Assembly: GCA_002189035.1 (NCBI GenBank)
Contig: CM007989.1
Location: 6,820,001-6,884,000 of the forward strand
Source of the DNA: Utricularia gibba
Taxonomy: Eukaryota > Plantae > Magnoliophyta
Length of the DNA: 64,000 bases
Direction: 5' to 3'
Positions 40,352 through 53,008 of the stretch are shown here, one piece after another. A model generated the notes under the pieces. That model searched no databases, was not told where the DNA came from, and saw nothing but the letters and a program-made list of their open reading frames with translations. Made by a program: the position numbers and the translations under genes. Positions within the stretch are counted from its first letter, which is position 1; each line of letters begins with the position of its first letter.

Positions 40352-42070
40352 TCACTCCAGCAACGTCTCCGAGTACACGCCCTGTTCATTCTGGTACACT
40401 CCGGCACCGACACGGCGGAGGTCGAGTGAAGTTGCCGGCGGGGTGGCAACTATTCTCACAGGCAACGTGAAACTCCCCCTGAACTTCGCATCCCCATTGG
40501 AGTGCTTATCCAAACCAAGCAACCCACTTCGATCATCATCGTGGTACGGATGACAGTCAAGGCCCTCGGATAAAAATGGAAGCTTTGACGTGTCTGTTCT
40601 TCCGGTGAGAGCAGAGACAAAGGATAAGCCACTAGGCCACTTGATGTTATCATCGTGCTCTGCCATTATCTGATTATTGGATGAGTCAGGAATGACAGGT
40701 TCCTCTTTAGCCAAGTGAGCTGAAATTTGAAGATATGGGAGATTGTTCATCCGATGAGCTGATGCTGCTGGCCTCGGCCTCCAGTGGACGAACGGCGGCG
40801 GAGCGATCGAAATCTGCGGTTGCTTTGAGGGCGAAGATGCGACATTTCGCGTGGAGGAGAAGAGTTGGGACAAGTAGAATCCAGACTGGTAGCCCAAAGC
40901 GTCGAATGTGTGTCTCACTCTCAGCACAAACTGGAGATCTTCTGGCACCTGATAAACACCATTGACAACAACCTTCCAAGCTTACAACAAACAACAGTGC
41001 AAGATGGGGACAAAAAACTCACAGTTTTGCAAGAACCAAGTTGCAGAAGTCCATGTCCAGCTTGAATAACAGCTATAGTCTGACAAAAGACTCCGAACTC
41101 AAAAATTTGAAGAGAAAAGCTTCTAAAATCTATCATGCTTTGAGTCCTCGCACCTGAATACCAGAATCAAACTGTTCAATCCACTCCGGAGGTAGCTGCA
41201 AAATGAAGACAATTCTTGAATTTCATGTAAATTTGAAGGAAATTTTCATGTAAATTTGAATGAATGACCACCAAAATCCCAGTGCATACAGCATCAAATG
41301 AACTCTGCCAGTAGTTGGAAATGTCGGGCTCACAATGAGTCTTCTCCTTGAAGATCCATTTATGGCATTTATCAGAAGCAACTTTCCCCATCAACCTGCA
41401 ACCACTTTTTTCAGACCTAATCAACAACGACCCCATGAAGCGGAATCACTACTTGCACATTCCAATCCACTGTTCTATGCACAAGGCTTGCTAAAGGCTT
41501 GCTAATGGGAACTAAAGCAAGATCCTATCCACAAAAACAACACCTACCCATTACCCACCCTTCTCCGTAATTATAGAGCTGGATTGACATTTTGCTGAAG
41601 GCCTTCTTGACAGGATTCTCGCCATCCATTTCATCCAGAGTCTCTGAGCCTCTGCCTCGACAGAACCCATCTTCCCACATCAACATTCTGAACACAAGAA
41701 GGGAACAGATAAAGACAACAAAGCACATCTTCTTCGGGCAGCCAAAACATTTAATTTACCATAAACAGGAAAAAACAACTCACAAGCTGCCATTTTCATC
41801 TCCAACTTTACTCCCATACCCGTATCTGATCCTCCTGCAAAAACCCATTTCCATTGCGCCATCAAAGAAGCACGTAAAATCAGCAAGAAACCCATGTGGG
41901 GAACTCAGTTGAGAAATGTAAGAGAGAAAGAATACACACGGGCGAGGACGAATAGTCCAGTAAACAGAGTATATCCACTCCGAGTTTAAACAGAGGCTTC
42001 TGAGTGCGTCGTGAAGGGCCATCATTCCAACAGCTTCTTTGCTTCGGTCTTCGGCTTCTGAGCCCACCAT
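40352..42070 (-). CDS. bHLH-MYC N-terminal domain protein lacking a bHLH (RSS3-like), 7 exons
   Basis: MMALHDALRSLCLNSEWIYSVYWTIRPRP, MLMWEDGFC, SIQLYNYGEGLMGKVASDKCHKW and QTIAVIQAGHGLLQLGSCK. All junctions are in frame. Confidence 0.9.
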
Positions 42071-42639
42071 TTTCCTCTCTTTTGCTTTTCCAGTTTCCCC
42101 CACCTTCCTATGAAGACTCGCGAAGCCACTCGAGAGAGATAAAGATCCCTCCTTTTCCCTATCTACATTTCACTAATTCCAAGAATTAGCCAGAGAAGTG
42201 TAACAAAACACAGGGAAAAAAAACCCAAAAGCCGAGTCTCCCCCACTCCTCACCCTGTAGAAGATTGCTTTGTTAACCATAAACCAAGCTGGTGTTCACT
42301 CCTCTGGGGATCATTTTCACGTAAGTCGGTGGAGGGAAAAGCTAAAGGAGAAAAGTGAAAGTGCGTGCCTCTGCGAAACCGGGTCCTTGTGTTTCGTTAT
42401 GTGTTTTTCACTGATTTGCGTGCAGAGCGATAACTTACTCTCTTTATTATTTTTTCCGCCGTTATGCAACAACCGGATCGTATCAAAACAAAAGCAAAAG
42501 GAGGAAAGAGAGGTCCTCCAATTACGCCTTTGCCCCCTCCACCTTTCCCAAAAGGCGTGGAGCTCTGATGTACCACGAGGGGGGAAAAGTCAATTCCCCC
42601 ACGACTTTACAAATTTCAAAAGCAATTAACATAGAAGTT

Positions 42640-44600
42640 AACTTTTTCATAGATACTTTAATATAATTGTAAGAGCCAGTTTTACATTAAGGTATTACTT
42701 AGTTTAAATATAATATAATTGGATATATACAATATATATAATATTTGATATTTGAGAATATAAATTTAGGTATGCGAGTTATATATATGATTAACGTTAT
42801 GTTTATTTATATATATCATTCATATATTCAAAAAATAAATATGTGACTATAATACATATACAAAGTTGATATATGTATATATATATTAATTAATCAAATA
42901 ATGGTTTATATGTAAATTTGAATATAAATATTTTATGTTATACTATCAAATACCTCCGATACATATATATCAAATTGTGTATAAAAAGCATTAGTTTTCT
43001 GATATTTACAAAAAATATAAAATGTACGAAAAATAAATTCCTAATGTTTTAGTCGAATGTGCGAATATAGAGATTTTTTCTGAACTATTTGAAGAGATAT
43101 TGTGATACTACCCTACGTACGCATTATAATCAACCTAACATATGAATATAATCACAATTTATTACACTAATGATGTCATTAAAGGTCAAAATAACCATAC
43201 ACCTCATTTCACATGTTACGCTTTTGACTATTTAAAATAAAAAGTATCTAGCAATTCGAATGTTCATTATCGAAATTATTGAAATGTGCTACTTATAAAA
43301 TGTTAAGAATACAACTGATACGCACTAATATATTTTATGATTTAAAATGATATCAATGGATAATTTATATATTTAATTTCTAAATAATTGTATTAGTTAA
43401 ATATTATTTATATTTGATATTCAAAATTAAATATTTTAAATATTTGTATTGTCAAAAAATATAAAATATTTAATAATAAAGAATAATTTTATAAAAATGT
43501 CCATTAAAATTTCACTATTTCTTACTAAATGTATATCACACACAATATTTTTACTGATATATAATATAATTGATAATAGTGAAATATTATTTTTAATAAG
43601 TTTAATTCGAACATGATTTTATTTAAAAATCATAAGTCAACTTTGATTCAATGCAAATCGTCTCTCTCGACCCTCTACCTCTATTGTATATATTACATTT
43701 ATGTTTTACCATATTAATAAATTTATTTATTTATTTATATCGATTTATCATATTAAATATACTAGTTATTCATACTCATAATTGATAATTTATAAATTAC
43801 ATTTTTTATATTAATTTTGATGATAATTATTCAATTTATGTGAATAATTTATTATGACTTTAATTTCAAATAATGGTGTACAAATTGATTATTTGTGTAA
43901 TATTCTGAGCCGATTCTCATTTGTCATTTTTAAAACAGTACAACCCACGTGTCCAAGAGAAATTAAGGGAAAAAAAAAACAACTTTAATTGCAAGTTCTT
44001 AGTGGTAAGTGTCACATGGTCCAATAACGTTGACAGGTTTCTTGATTACCCACTATTTAATATGAATATTTATTGTCATCTTAATTATGTATATTTATGA
44101 CGTAATTATACCACAGTTTTTTATCCTAATTTCGCCTTTTTATTATTTGTAACGCCCCTCGATGTTACTCAAATAGGTCTCGGAGTCAAACCTCAACGGA
44201 CTAGTCGTTATTTTATATTATTTAAATAATTAAGAAAAATATTCTCAAGTATATGTGACTATCATCAAATGAGTATATGATAAATAAATTTAGATAAATT
44301 TTCAGATGTTTATTCAAAAAGAAATGAATTGGGTATTACAATGAACTCACATGGGTGATAATTTTGATAATATAATTGATATATATTTCTGTATTTTTAA
44401 ATGAAATATTTATACAAATAATTTGGAGGCTTGTTGTAATTTTTTAAAATTAATTTTAAAGTTATAGAAAAGAAGAAGACGTTCTGTTTGAAAAATTATG
44501 GTTGATTAAAAAATCACAAATCTGGATTAAATTAAATGAATAATTTTGGATTTGTTCAATTAATGATTTTTTTTTTTATGATAAATGATTTTCAAAGGTA
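42640..44600. other. Extremely AT-rich intergenic stretch, probably decayed transposon remnants
   Basis: No ORFs in the supplied track, very low GC, and no clear element ends identified. Confidence 0.35.
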
Positions 44601-44656
44601 ACGTGGTCGATCATCACTTTTGCTACTTATTATTTCCACGTCCGGAAGTTACAGAA

Positions 44657-44914
44657 TCACGGCGATGCTCCACCAGATCCTCCCTCGTCCTCATCATTGC
44701 CGTCCCCGCCGTGGGAGCCACCAAAACCAAAGCGTCCACCAAATCCGCCGCCTAATCCAACATCGATACCCGGCGCTTTCCCGCCGCGAAGATCAAATCC
44801 GCCGCCAACGCCGCCCGAAATGCCACCGGGAATTTTATCGAGCTCCCTAGCATGAATAACGCAAAGGAAGGATAAGATCACCAAAAGGAGGAGTCCCTTC
44901 TTAGCGCCACACAT
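44657..44914 (-). CDS. Small secreted glycine-rich protein (85 aa)
   Basis: ATG start, signal peptide ending HARE-L (typical plant cleavage context), GGx repeats and an acidic tail. GC-rich island with a TATA-like sequence upstream (~44990). Confidence 0.7.
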   Translation of the reverse strand: MCGAKKGLLLLVILSFLCVIHARELDKIPGGISGGVGGGFDLRGGKAPGIDVGLGGGFGGRFGFGGSHGGDGNDEDEGGSGGASP

Positions 44915-45607
44915 TTTGGAAAAAATGTGCTCGAGGTGCCGATGGTGTGTGTATGTGCATGGGCTGATGGGGAGATGGGTGGATTTATTTATAGAGGAGA
45001 TTGCGAGAGGGAATTAATTACATTGTGTTGAATTGCATACAGTGCTTCGACATTGGAACCACAAGCGAGGCTGCAAGGAAACTAATGGCTTTAATGGATT
45101 TCAGTAACGCATTGGTTTTTTGAAGTTTTCAACAGTTTCAAGGTGCTGCTGCTGTTGTTGCTAAGTCTGATTCACCTCTCCAGCCACCATTCCCTTTCGG
45201 AGTTCGGACCTGAATTCACAGTTCCAATGCTTCTTTTCATTTAGTTAGCTTCGTTGTCTGAATAGACCTGGGCTGCATTCCTGAAAATTATGGTATCAAA
45301 TTAGCGCTAATCATCAGAGCTAAACTCTGTGTTTCAGATTGCCAAGGCTGATGGCAATCTAAAGACTGGATTTTTGTCGTCCATCCTGTATCACACTTTC
45401 TCACAACAAAAAAAAAGAACTGTACAGTAATATATGAACACTCAGGCCATAGATTAGTGGCTCTCGGCCTTCAGAAATCGTCAGCCAAGTATTGCCCTTA
45501 TGGCGCCCGGTGATTTCCTTGGTTGTTAGTAGTCATCATTAATAATTAAGTAAAAAAGCTGTGTTTTTCCCAAGATTTTCATTTCTGAGATCATTTTCCA
45601 AGTTTCC

Positions 45608-47089
45608 ATGGCTTCTCTGCTGAGCCCTTCCCTCGGATTTTCACCAACCAAGGTACGGCTTAGAGCTTGCATCCGCCCTCCCGGATATCTGTGTTCAGGA
45701 ATGCCATTTTTTTGATGTTTTTGCTGTCTGAAAGGAACGGCTCTAAACTGCTCTTGTTTCCCTGTGATTGCGCAATTTTGATGCGATTTGAGAGCTTCTA
45801 GATTTCTTGATTTTACCGATTCGACCAATCCATGCCTTGATGCTCAATTGACAACCTTTTTGAGGTCCAATATATGTCCAATTTCAATTCTTTCTCTGGT
45901 TTTGGTTTTCGTTTGTCGGTGTGCACAGTGGCTGTGCAGCTTAATATCTTACGTGGGTGGGTGAGATGAGATGCTTATTCTCTATTAGTAGGTATTTTTT
46001 CTTTCAGAATCAGTGCGCCAGTTTTCATCTTGATAACCTGACACTCATTAGTTTTTTTGATTCTCTATAGCCAATGGGCTTGATGTGTTGAATACCGAAT
46101 TTGGGTTTTTTGAGTCAAGTTGTTACTGTAATGGGAATTGAGATGTTCTTAATCTTTAGGTCAACGGTGTTAGTGTGCGAAATCTTGCTGCAAATGAACA
46201 TTGGAGGAGATACCAAATAGTTTTTGGACATAATGCTGAGCACAGCAAGCGATATTACACAGTAAGAACCATGGTATCTCTGGAGGCAAATGTTCCTGCA
46301 AGGGGAGCTCTTGATGCTGAGGAACACAGCAGCACTGCTGGTAATATGCTGGTGTTACCATCCTTCTATCTCCCTTGTTCAGAGTTAACGTTAAATGGCA
46401 ATGGATATCTGGTATATATCCCCTTGTGGTTTTCGATAACGTTTTATGTCGCTCGCACTGCTAAAAGCAATGAGTGTGTGCAGCTCGTTTGTATCATGTT
46501 TTGAGGAATCTTCTTTGTTGTTCATTAACCGTAAGAGTTTCTGTTTCATGTTTGAAGATTATGGAGTTGTTGGTGTTCACCATGTGGGGATCTTATGTGA
46601 GAATCTTGAAAGGTCCCTGCACTTCTACCAGAACATTCTCGGTATTCTGTCTTGTTAAATTCCATTCTTTCCCTTGATGAAGATAAGCCTGAGCCCTTAC
46701 ATTGAAAGATCACTCGAGGTCTGAGCATCAACGAGGCACGACCACACGATAAGCTTCCATACAGAGGAGCCTGGCTGTGGGTGGGATCTGAGATGATACA
46801 TCTGATGGAGCTCCCGAATCCTGACCCCTTAATGGGTCGTCCTGAACATGGAGGTCGAGACCGTCATGCTTGCATCGCTATCCGGGATGTCTCCAAGCTG
46901 AAGGAAGTTCTAGACAAAGCTGGTACGCTTGGTTGTCCTCTTCGAAGTTTCCTGTTTGTTTTTGTGTGGATTGTGCTGATGGCTTGCTTCCATTTATCAG
47001 GTATACCATACACTTTCAGCCGCTCAGGGAGGCCAGCTATATTCACCAGAGACCCTGATGCAAATGCTCTTGAGTTTACACAAGTTTGA
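45608..47089 (+). CDS. VOC/glyoxalase I-like (lactoylglutathione lyase family) protein with transit peptide, 5 exons
   Basis: VVGVHHVGILCENLERSLHFYQNILG, RPHDKLPYRGAWLWVGSEMIHLMELPNPDP, HGGRDRHACIAI and RPAIFTRDPDANALEFTQV. Confidence 0.92.
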
Positions 47090-47473
47090 GTTGGATTCTG
47101 TAGCATTTGCAGTGCTTCTGCACCTTTGATAGTCTTCCTAGCTCTTTTGCATATACGAAACGGATAAGTACTTAAATTCGAACTTGGCTTCGTCGTCTTA
47201 CTGATGCTGTGCCCTACGTGAATCTTTGCTTGAACGTTGAAGAATGAAGAGTGTAACCAGATCATGAACATATGATGAAGATGATGAAGTTCACTCCCGT
47301 GAGAAAAAGTGGATTTTGGAAAGCGTGTTTCTCCTTCTTGGACTTTGGAAGCGCGTCTCTAAAAGGGCAAAAAACGCTAATGTGCCTTGCTGTGGCGATT
47401 GGCTGTCTTCGCTCCGTCGAGTACCAACGCTTAAACCCCACATTTAGCTTCCGTATCCCAATTCAAGTTCACT

Positions 47474-50400
47474 ATGGCGGACGCGGCAGACGATTCTAGG
47501 GATGTTGAGAAGCTCTACGAGTACTGCGAAAAGATTGGGGAAGCGCAAGATAAGTCTCAGGTTGATCTACTTGTTCCGGGATTCCATTGCTTTACACCGC
47601 TCAACTTTGCGGGTTTTGAAATGAAATTCTGGGTTTTGGATTTCTGATTCTGGGGATGGGGCAGAGTCGGGAGTACTATGAGGGATAATTGCTGCTGCAA
47701 ACGGGAGCGTGAAGGCAAAGCAGCTGGCGGCGCAGATGATTCCCAAGTTTTTTAAATATTTCCCTGACCTTTCGGAGCAAGCATTTGATCAGCATTTCTT
47801 TTTGTGCGAGGACGACGAGCTTGGTGTAAGTAATTTTGGCCATTTCCAATCAACTAATTTTATTTACCTTTTTTTTGTCTGTAAAACGGCTTGTTGTGTC
47901 GTGAATGTTCGAATTTTGAGTCAGATGAACCATATTCTTGGTCATGGGACGGCGCCTTTAAATTTGGTTGGAAAGATAAGATTGCTGTTTACAAAAAATT
48001 TTCAACAAAGTTCCTTCTGGATGCTAAAATAGAATGAGCATTAAATTAATGGTTTTAAATGTTTCTGAAGTTTGATTTCAATGTTGTTTGGGCTAAGTTG
48101 CGTGGTTTGATATCTGGTTTCACACTTACAGTGCCTACTTAACATATGAGCATTCTGCTTTTCTTAAGGTTCGGGTTCAGGCTATTCGCGGTCTTCCCCT
48201 TTTCTGCAAGGATACACCTGATAATCTCCCGAAAGTTGTTGATATTCTTGGTCAGCTCCTAGTTGCAGGTAACACAATCAATCAAGTATGTTTGTTCTCG
48301 TTTAATTAATTTTTCAGCTGTGAATCTATGTTAATGTTGGACGATTTATGTCAGGAGATAATGTGGAGCGTGATGCTGTGCATAAGGCTTTAATGACTTT
48401 ATTGCGACAGGATATCAAGAGTAAGAATCAGGAATATATAGAATTGTGTTGTTAATCTTCATACATTTCTGAGTCTATTGACTTTCATCTCTTATTTGGG
48501 TTGGGCGCTTGCTTATTTCTTTTTTCATTACTTTCTGAAATTTCTTTTACTTTTTCGATTGCAGCTTCATTAACAGCTTTGTTTAAATATATTGGAAGCA
48601 ATGATGACCGAAATGCAGAAGATGCCAGTGCATGGGATACCATTCGTGAGAAGGTTCTCTGCTTCATCAGGGATAGGGTATGAAAACGTTATCTGGTTTT
48701 CTCTTTGGTTTTAAGTTTTGGAGAGTCTTGCAAATCTCCAAGTGAATTCCATTTTAGGTGTTTCCCATTAAAACGGAGCTATTAAAACCAAAGGATGAAA
48801 TGGAGAGGCACATAACTAATCTCATAAAGCAGGTATTCCACCGATGTTGATAAGTATTGGATCGAAGAACTTTATGATGTAGCTTCTGTTCTGATCTTTT
48901 ACTATGATGCATTTGAGGCTCAATACTTCTAGATTACATTTATCTCCTTCATTTGAATTTCAGAACTTAAATGATGTGACGGCTGTTGAACTTAAATTGT
49001 TCATGGACTTTTTAAAGAGCTTAAGCTTATTTGGGGAAAACGCCCCAGTGGAGAGAGTTCAAGAACTTGTTGAGATTGTTGAGAGTCAAGCAGATTTGGA
49101 TGCACAGTTTAATGTAAGCTTGTGATGAGATATTTTTGGGTTGTTTTTTTTCACCCTATTCTTTTTCTGCCCCGATGCTATGTGAAAGACTTTGTTGTAA
49201 ACATGATATTATACTTTATTTAAAAATTATCTTGAGCTATTGAGATTTGTTTTTTATGTGCCAGCACTATATTCACTCATATTATACTTTTGCTCTCAAT
49301 GTCTATATGGTTGGATCATTTTCGGAAAGGTTTCTTCCTATTGATTTTCTTTTTCTGAGGATTGCTCTAATGGAAGTTAATGTTCCTTTGTGTATTTTTA
49401 CCCGATGGGCAAGTCCATTCCTCTGTTATGCTTTGTAAAATGGTGGAAATATGCTAAACCCCCACTTCCTTACCCGTCTCCTCTTCTAAATACAGGTATC
49501 TGATGATGATCACATTGCTCGATATATCTCTTCCTTGCAAATGGCCTTACCCTTTATTGCAGTAAGTGAATTTTATTCATAAATTTGTATTATAAGCTAA
49601 CAAATTAATGAAAAATTACTCATAACCACAGAGGGGTGCATCAAGCAGTAAGTTCCTCAATTACTTGAGCAAGCAGATTATCCCTGTATTTGATAAGGTA
49701 TTCCTAAAAGCAAGTCCTTTTTTTTTTTTTGCTTGGCTACAAGCTATCAATTGCTATAACTGTCGATAAAGCAAATCCGGGATATCTTCTTTTTTCTAAA
49801 AGGTGTGAAATGTGCATCAACAATCATTCTCAATAATCTATTTGCAATTTATTTTTCATTTATCATCTGGATTATAATGTTGGTATTGAAAAGGTCACTT
49901 TGATCGTTGCAAGGAGCTTTTTTGTTGGAAATCTTGATCTCTGAATTGCTGTTGATTTTGCTTTTCTTAATCGTTCTAAAGTGTTGCATCTTCAGCTTTC
50001 TGAAGAACAAAAATTGAGCTTGCTCAAGAGCATAGCTGAGAGTTCCTTATATGCTAAACCACAAGATTCAAGACAGCTACTCCCATCTATTGTTCAACTC
50101 TTAAAGGTATGGTTTCTTGCATGTCTGTTGGTGAATATCCATTTTCTCCATCCGTTAAAATAATCATATGTACTTTCTTTTCCATCCTTTGTGACCGATT
50201 TTACATTGATTCCTGAATCATTTCAAATTAATGGAATATTTGGTACAGACTGATGATCTACTGTCGTAGTTTATATGTGGGAAATCATTTACTTGTCTAT
50301 TGCTGTGTCATTGACAGTTTGTTGTAATTGCTTCGTGTCCTGGTATTTTTTCTTATTCAATCTTCCTTTTTAATACTCTTTCATTCCAGAAATATATGGT

Positions 50401-51585
50401 TAGAAGGAAGATTGAGGATATGAATTTCACATCCAACGAGTGCTTGTTATATTCGTTTCACCATTTATCTCACAAGGTAAGTTTCAGTGGCAGATAATGC
50501 CTAATCAACTCTGCATATTACGGGTCTATATAATACTTTATTATTTTGAAACTTTCAGACCCCCAATGCTACAAACAGCCTCTGTGGATACAAGATTGTC
50601 ACTGGGCAACCCTCTGATCGACTTGGTGAAGATTTCACGGAACTGTATAAAGATTTCACAGAGAGGTTCTTTCACGACTTGCATTTACTGTGTGCCAACC
50701 ATGACTTCCATGTCTCATTTTTTTTTTTTCTGTGGAATGATCTCACTGCAAGGTAGTACTCCTCTTTGTGTTCCCCTTGTGTTTCTAATATCTCTAATTC
50801 TCTGTTAGATTGACAACCATGGAGGAATTAGCCAAGGCAATGATTAAAAAATTGACACAGGGCATGGTCGAGCACAATAAAGCCATGGCATCCGCTAAGA
50901 CAGAAGAGGAAAAAGAATCAGTTGTACGTCTTCTTCTTGTTCCTTTCTTGCTCTGCGTTTTTTTGGATCAGAGAATTTTCTGGGCTTTCTCTGTTCATTG
51001 GTTTTGTTAAAGCTGTTCTTCCCATTCATCCACTACTTTTCCTATACCGCAGAAGAAGCAGAAGCAAAATGCTACCGCTAGTCTTCGCTCCTGCAATAAT
51101 ATACTGACATTGACTCAGGTAACCACTTTCTTAACCATTTCGCCTTTTCTTACATGCTGTTTCTTCTCTCTACATTGGCTTCCTGTCGTCTCCTTTCTGA
51201 TTTTATGAGCTGTAATCCTGAGGTAGCCATTGCACTCAAAGGCTCCTTCATTCATTGGGGACCAGAAAGTTGCCTTATCCTGGAAAGAGGCAACCAAAAC
51301 TTCAGTAACCACCAGTACCTCTGCGGGGTAAGGATAGCCTTTTCAACACTCACTTTCTGGCATCCCTAGAGTTCAGTTCTAAAAATAATGGCGTGCCATT
51401 GCAGGCAAAAACGACCGGCACCAGCTTCGAATGTGCCTGGCACAAATGCCACAAAGAAGGGAAGAGGAGGAGGCCTACAAAACCAACTCATTAAACGAGC
51501 AGCATTCGAAGCCTTGAGTGGCACTGCAAGAGGAAGAGGAAGTGGAATCTGGAGGGGACGCGGAAGGGGCAGGAGTTACCGCTGA
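47474..51585 (+). CDS. API5: Apoptosis inhibitor 5 (API5), about 15 exons; one apparent 1-nt frameshift in exon 2
   Basis: KAKQLAAQMIPKFFKYFP, VRVQAIRGLPLFCKDTP, TPNATNSLCGYKIVTGQPSDRLGEDF and an RG-rich C-terminus. Confidence 0.93.
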
Positions 51586-53008
51586 AAAAAACATGAAGAT
51601 TTTAGTTTCTAACGTGCCGGTTCCTACTCTTCCAGTTTTAGTTAAGTTGATTCATTTGGTTTACTTTCCTTTACCTCGGTGATTTTCAATTGACTCCCAC
51701 TCACCTCTGGTTTAGGTTAGCTCTGGCTTCGATTTTTGAGTGGTGGTCTCCCGTTTTGATATTTAGAAAGTGGTTCTGAAATACTGCAACTTTTAGTAAA
51801 CACCATCCAGCCCAAGTAGCCATGAATGGATTCTTCCGCTTTAATATCAGAATCTTGTTGGGTTTTGGATGAATGGTAGGCCTATCACAGCGCAATGTTG
51901 GGAGATGCAATGCAATGGGCCACATACCAAACCAGCCGATCATCCAAAGAGCTTGTCATGCATGGAAATAAGGGTATCGGAAATGGACTGTACACCAACG
52001 GGGTGTCACTTCAAACGTGCCATTCGCCATATCCTCTTGGGATTCATTCTGATCTCACTCTGCAGTGGAAAATGCTGCCGCGGATTCACCCCCGGTATGT
52101 CGGCTTGCATGCCGGACGCGTCGAGATGGCCCGGACGCGGCACCACGTGGTCTGGTTTGGTTCGCCTTGTCCAAAATTTCCCACAGTATGTCTGTCGGGA
52201 CGTGGACAGGCTCTCTGCCGACCCACAATAGCACAGGAATGTGCGCGTACGGATGGGGAATCCTTGTTGCTTTCTATATTCATTGAACCCCCGGGAAGGT
52301 TTTCTGCACGCCAATCAGCATCACCGTTGAAGGAGATGGGTTCATCGATTCTGGCCGACAGGATAAAATTCATTCATCTGCTCCCGATCCCACTGGTGTA
52401 TGCTTTGTGGGGGGCCTAAGCAAGGTGCTATTCTTCTTCTTCTTTCTTTTAATCCCACTGGTATATGCTACTTACGTGTGGCCTGTGGGGGTCCCCGGAA
52501 AGTCTCAGTGTGGCCGTGAAAAGGCCGATACCGGACCACTTTGGCAAGTGCTGTACAGCCGAACTTCTGGCTTACTTTTAGCGCTCGCTCTCACTTACCA
52601 AATCTTTTCTAGAGAATATTTGGTAAGTAGGGAAGGTGTAGTGTGATAAATGGGATTTTATAGCTCTCGTTTTCGCATTTGTGGAAGCTAGAAATAGGGG
52701 CCAGTGTATCCGACTCCCGTGGTGGAAGGAGGGAGTGAGAGAGGGTGCTGCGTCCAACAGCATAGATCACGGATCTGTGGATCGTGGGCCATGAGTAGGT
52801 GACCAGCCGATCCGTGGAGCGCAGCACAGAAGAAGTTACTGTACCAAGGGATTAACCAGCCCTCCTTTTGCTTTAACGCTTTTCTCGATCGCCAGTCAAA
52901 TCGCGCAAGTTCCTATCCTGTAAAACGGTAGCTTCCACGTACAATCCATGGTAACTTTGGGGTTTTGACTTCCCAGGCGTAGGAGCGAAGCGGAGAGACT
53001 GAATAGCC

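Noticed and set aside
44148-44210. TGTAACGCCCC as an LTR start
   Set aside because: No partner LTR, PBS/PPT or coding remnant.
45250-45270. TTCGTTGTCTGAATAGACCTG resembles miR858
   Set aside because: Only the first 11 nt match exactly, and no complementary star arm was seen nearby.
4162-47684. Programmed frameshifting or insertional RNA editing as a new system explaining the frameshifts
   Set aside because: The missing base tracks the contig strand, not the transcript strand, and no shared recoding signal surrounds the sites.
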